Below the pieces are notes generated by a model, which was given only the letters and a program-made list of their open reading frames with translations, did no database searches and was not told where the DNA came from. Both the position numbers and the translations under genes were made by a program. Shown here piece after piece: positions 63,135 through 64,000 of a stretch of 64,000 nt of DNA. Position 1 is the stretch's first letter. Every line of letters begins with the position of its first letter. This DNA is from Fimicolochytrium jonesii (lineage: Eukaryota): positions 1,054,001 to 1,118,000 of the forward strand of contig NW_026515671.1 in the NCBI RefSeq assembly GCF_025526975.1. The letters run 5' to 3'.

Positions 63135-63519
63135 GAGGATGATTTGAGGGCGTTTGGTGGTTGTATTTATGTGCAATAGGGTTTCAGATACTTGTTCATA
63201 GCAACTATTCGAAGAGACAGCACTGATCCTCGTAATGCTTTCAAGAGCGCTGAACAGAATGTCTTAGCAGTGAACGTCCATGTGCAACAACATGTATGAA
63301 AACAATATACAAAAATGTCCCTTATCTCTCCCTAAGGCGAGAGCGGAGGTAGATCGAGCTTGCGACAACAGATCTGGGTAACTGGGATGGCACTCTGACA
63401 TACAACTCTATACATACTCGTCCCTCAAACTGATAGCATGGACACCTATGAGCGGACCCCCAGGTGAGTCGTCAGAGATCCGATGTGTTAGAAACCACGT
63501 CGAAGAGGACTTTACCTTT

Positions 63520-64000
63520 TTACATGGCACGCGAATAGTCCTTCTCTACGTCATCGAAGTACGGATGGATCAGCGCTTGCTTTGCGGAGATTCGCTCAGC
63601 TGGGCTGAATTCTAATAGCCTCTGCAGAAAAGCCATCGCACGTAAGCTCCAAGGTAAAAACTAACAAATATCGGGCCTAGTGAGCTTCTTACCGAAAGAA
63701 GGTCAATTCCAGTGGGTTCCAAATTGGGGATCATTTTGGCCAAATCTTGCTTGGACCACACTGGGAACGTAGGTTTATAGTCTGGCAGCTCTGAAACGCC
63801 AGGCCAGGTCTGCTCGTTCGGTGTACCCAGAGTCCTATTACCCGAGAGCGGTCAGAAGGATGAGTACGGATGCAAGGCCAGCCCGTTAGGATAACGTACC
63901 GGAAGATGCGGAACAGCTCATCGATCTCAGAATCTCCTGGGAATAACGGGTGACGCATACACATTTCGGCAAAGATGCAACCAATACTCCACATGTCAAC
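63520..64000 (-). CDS. CDC28: Cyclin-dependent kinase Cdc28/Cdc2-like, 3' part
   Basis: [13 protein letters not shown]...[22 protein letters not shown]...[15 protein letters not shown]...|[25 protein letters not shown] 63522-63520. The PSTAIRE region lies outside the window. Confidence 0.82.

Overview
Intron-rich eukaryotic DNA, most likely from a zoosporic (chytrid-type) fungus. The taxon is inferred from short GT-AG introns with CTRAC-like branch points, fungal-type genes (HIS7, Crz1-like factor, Pyp/Ptp-type phosphatase) and flagellar genes that Dikarya lack (ZMYND12, CCDC146, KIF19-like kinesin-8). About 21 protein-coding genes were reconstructed by hand. The left ~31 kb is gene-sparse and rich in TATA-driven secreted proteins (Ppn1-like phosphatase, CAP protein, two repeat-containing secreted proteins). 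It also carries a ParB/SerK-like gene, a DUF2236 oxygenase, a JmjC demethylase and a Ded1-like helicase. The right ~33 kb is dense conserved and ciliary genes, several in head-to-head pairs. Main observations: (1) a spliced eukaryotic gene that keeps the motifs of the prokaryotic SerK/SbnI free-serine kinases; (2) a kinesin P-loop that can only be completed with 9-nt and 3-nt micro-exons; (3) a stop-free 180-nt intron with competing base-pairings in mitochondrial uL4; (4) symmetric 84-nt zinc-finger exons; (5) a pair of secreted proteins, one with a natural (AEEEKKK)n rod. No rRNA, tRNA, CRISPR array or intact transposon was recognised. Family assignments rest on motifs recalled from memory, not on database searches, and exon models have no transcript support.
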